DNA of 63,900 nt, filler included, from Craspedostauros australis (lineage: Eukaryota), in assembly GCA_030167865.1 (NCBI GenBank). It is 15 parts of 15 records of this genome, joined end to end, with 100 filler letters (N's around TTAATTAATTAA, not from the genome) between each part and the next. Parts side by side here need not be neighbours in the genome. Positions count along the whole stretch, not along the records: positions 62,776 to 63,900 come from JALAGF010005634.1; 14 more parts are not named here. One strand, written 5' to 3'. Of this stretch, positions 62,858 through 63,900 are shown piece after piece. The notes under the pieces are model-generated. The model saw only the letters and a list, made by a program, of their open reading frames with translations, did not search any database and was not told where the DNA came from. Made by a program: the position numbers and the translations under genes. Position 1 is the stretch's first letter. Each line of letters opens with the position of its first letter.

Positions 62858-63900
62858 AGTTGAGATTCAATGCGGGACAGACTATTACCGGACATGGTAT
62901 CCACCTCTGATGGGAGAAATTCTTGTTTTGGCGCGAAATCTTCCAACTTGACCGACCACCAAATCTTTTCCCCCTTCTTTCTCTCCTCCATTCACAAATC
63001 CATCATGACTCAAACATGACTGACCTGACTCACATCTCACCTTGGGAACTATATGCTCCTCAGATCCTTTCTCTACAACACACCTCGATTCCATCCATGC
63101 TAATGACTGCTGCACTATTGCTGTAGTCTTGACNCGTGTATCCAACCTGNTTCAACTCAAGCAATGGAATCCGAGAGTGAACTCAAGCCACAGTCATTGC
63201 TTCATGACCGTCACCATTGAGTGTCATGACCTACACTACAGTGTGTCTATGTGTGTGGAGAGCAAGGAACTGCAACAATCACCTACCCTCAAGCACTGAA
63301 CCAAGTACATCAGTGCAGGGTCCCACCAAGCTGAGCGACATTGTTTCTTCACCCTACTAACACTACANNNNNNNNNNNNNNNNNNNNNNNNNNNNNNNNN
63401 NNNNNNNNNNNNNNNNNTATATGCTCCTCAGATCCTTTCTCTACAACACACCTCGATTCCATCCATGCTAATGACTGCTGCACTATTGCTGTAGTCTTGA
63501 CGCGTGTATCCAACCTGATTCAACTCAAGCAATGGAATCCGAGAGTGAACTCAAGCCACAGTCATTGCTTCATGACCGTCACCATTGAGTGTCATGACCT
63601 ACACNACAGTGTGTCTATGTGTGTGGAGAGCAANGAACTGCAANAATNNCNTACCCTCAAGCACTGAACCAAGTACATCAGTGCAGGGTCCCACCAAGCT
63701 GAGCGACATTGTTTCTTCACCCTACTAACACTACAAGCTAACTCATAATAAACAGACAAGGCTTAGCTACAAAGCACTCTTCTACTCATCATTACAGCAA
63801 TAACTCTTCAACCAGTACACCTCTCTTGAACTGCATTACATGGCTATCTCGAAGCTGGCAGATTCACGAGGCATCCTCCACTGATCCGCGTCGCCTAAGC
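62858..63900 (+). mobile_element. Family B LTR, forward orientation, truncated by window end
   Basis: Begins AGTTGAGATTCAATG; reverse complement of 26158-26964; internal gap duplication. Confidence 0.87.

Overview
Eukaryotic draft-assembly sequence, most likely a diatom (inferred from a DUF6824-type gene, CoDi-like Ty1/copia proteins and Ambal-like RNase H-bearing non-LTR retrotransposons). The window is not one locus: 15 scaffolds are concatenated with 100-nt N/TTAATTAATTAA/N spacers, and many internal gaps are flanked by near-duplicate sequence. Most of it is nested, partly decayed transposable elements: at least five copia-type families (labelled A/D, B, C, E, F here), Ambal-like LINEs, a piggyBac-like element and a 203-bp insertion carrying a tRNA-like unit. 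Host-type genes are few: a Sec14-like+DUF6824 protein, a DUF6818-like protein and two secreted Cys-rich proteins. The most unusual signals are: (1) family B LTRs end in AGTT...AACT instead of TG...CA, supported by a 5-bp TSD and a PBS overlapping the LTR by 1 nt, and family B Gag continues into hydrophobic segments; (2) a TGA-CARYYA readthrough context at the gag/pol junction conserved in two diverged family E copies; (3) the tRNA-like cassette inside a MITE-like element with an 8-bp TSD; (4) an unrecognised conserved domain between Gag and protease in family A/D, which also lacks a canonical PBS and shows a 6-bp TSD. All domain calls are motif recognition by eye; no searches were run.
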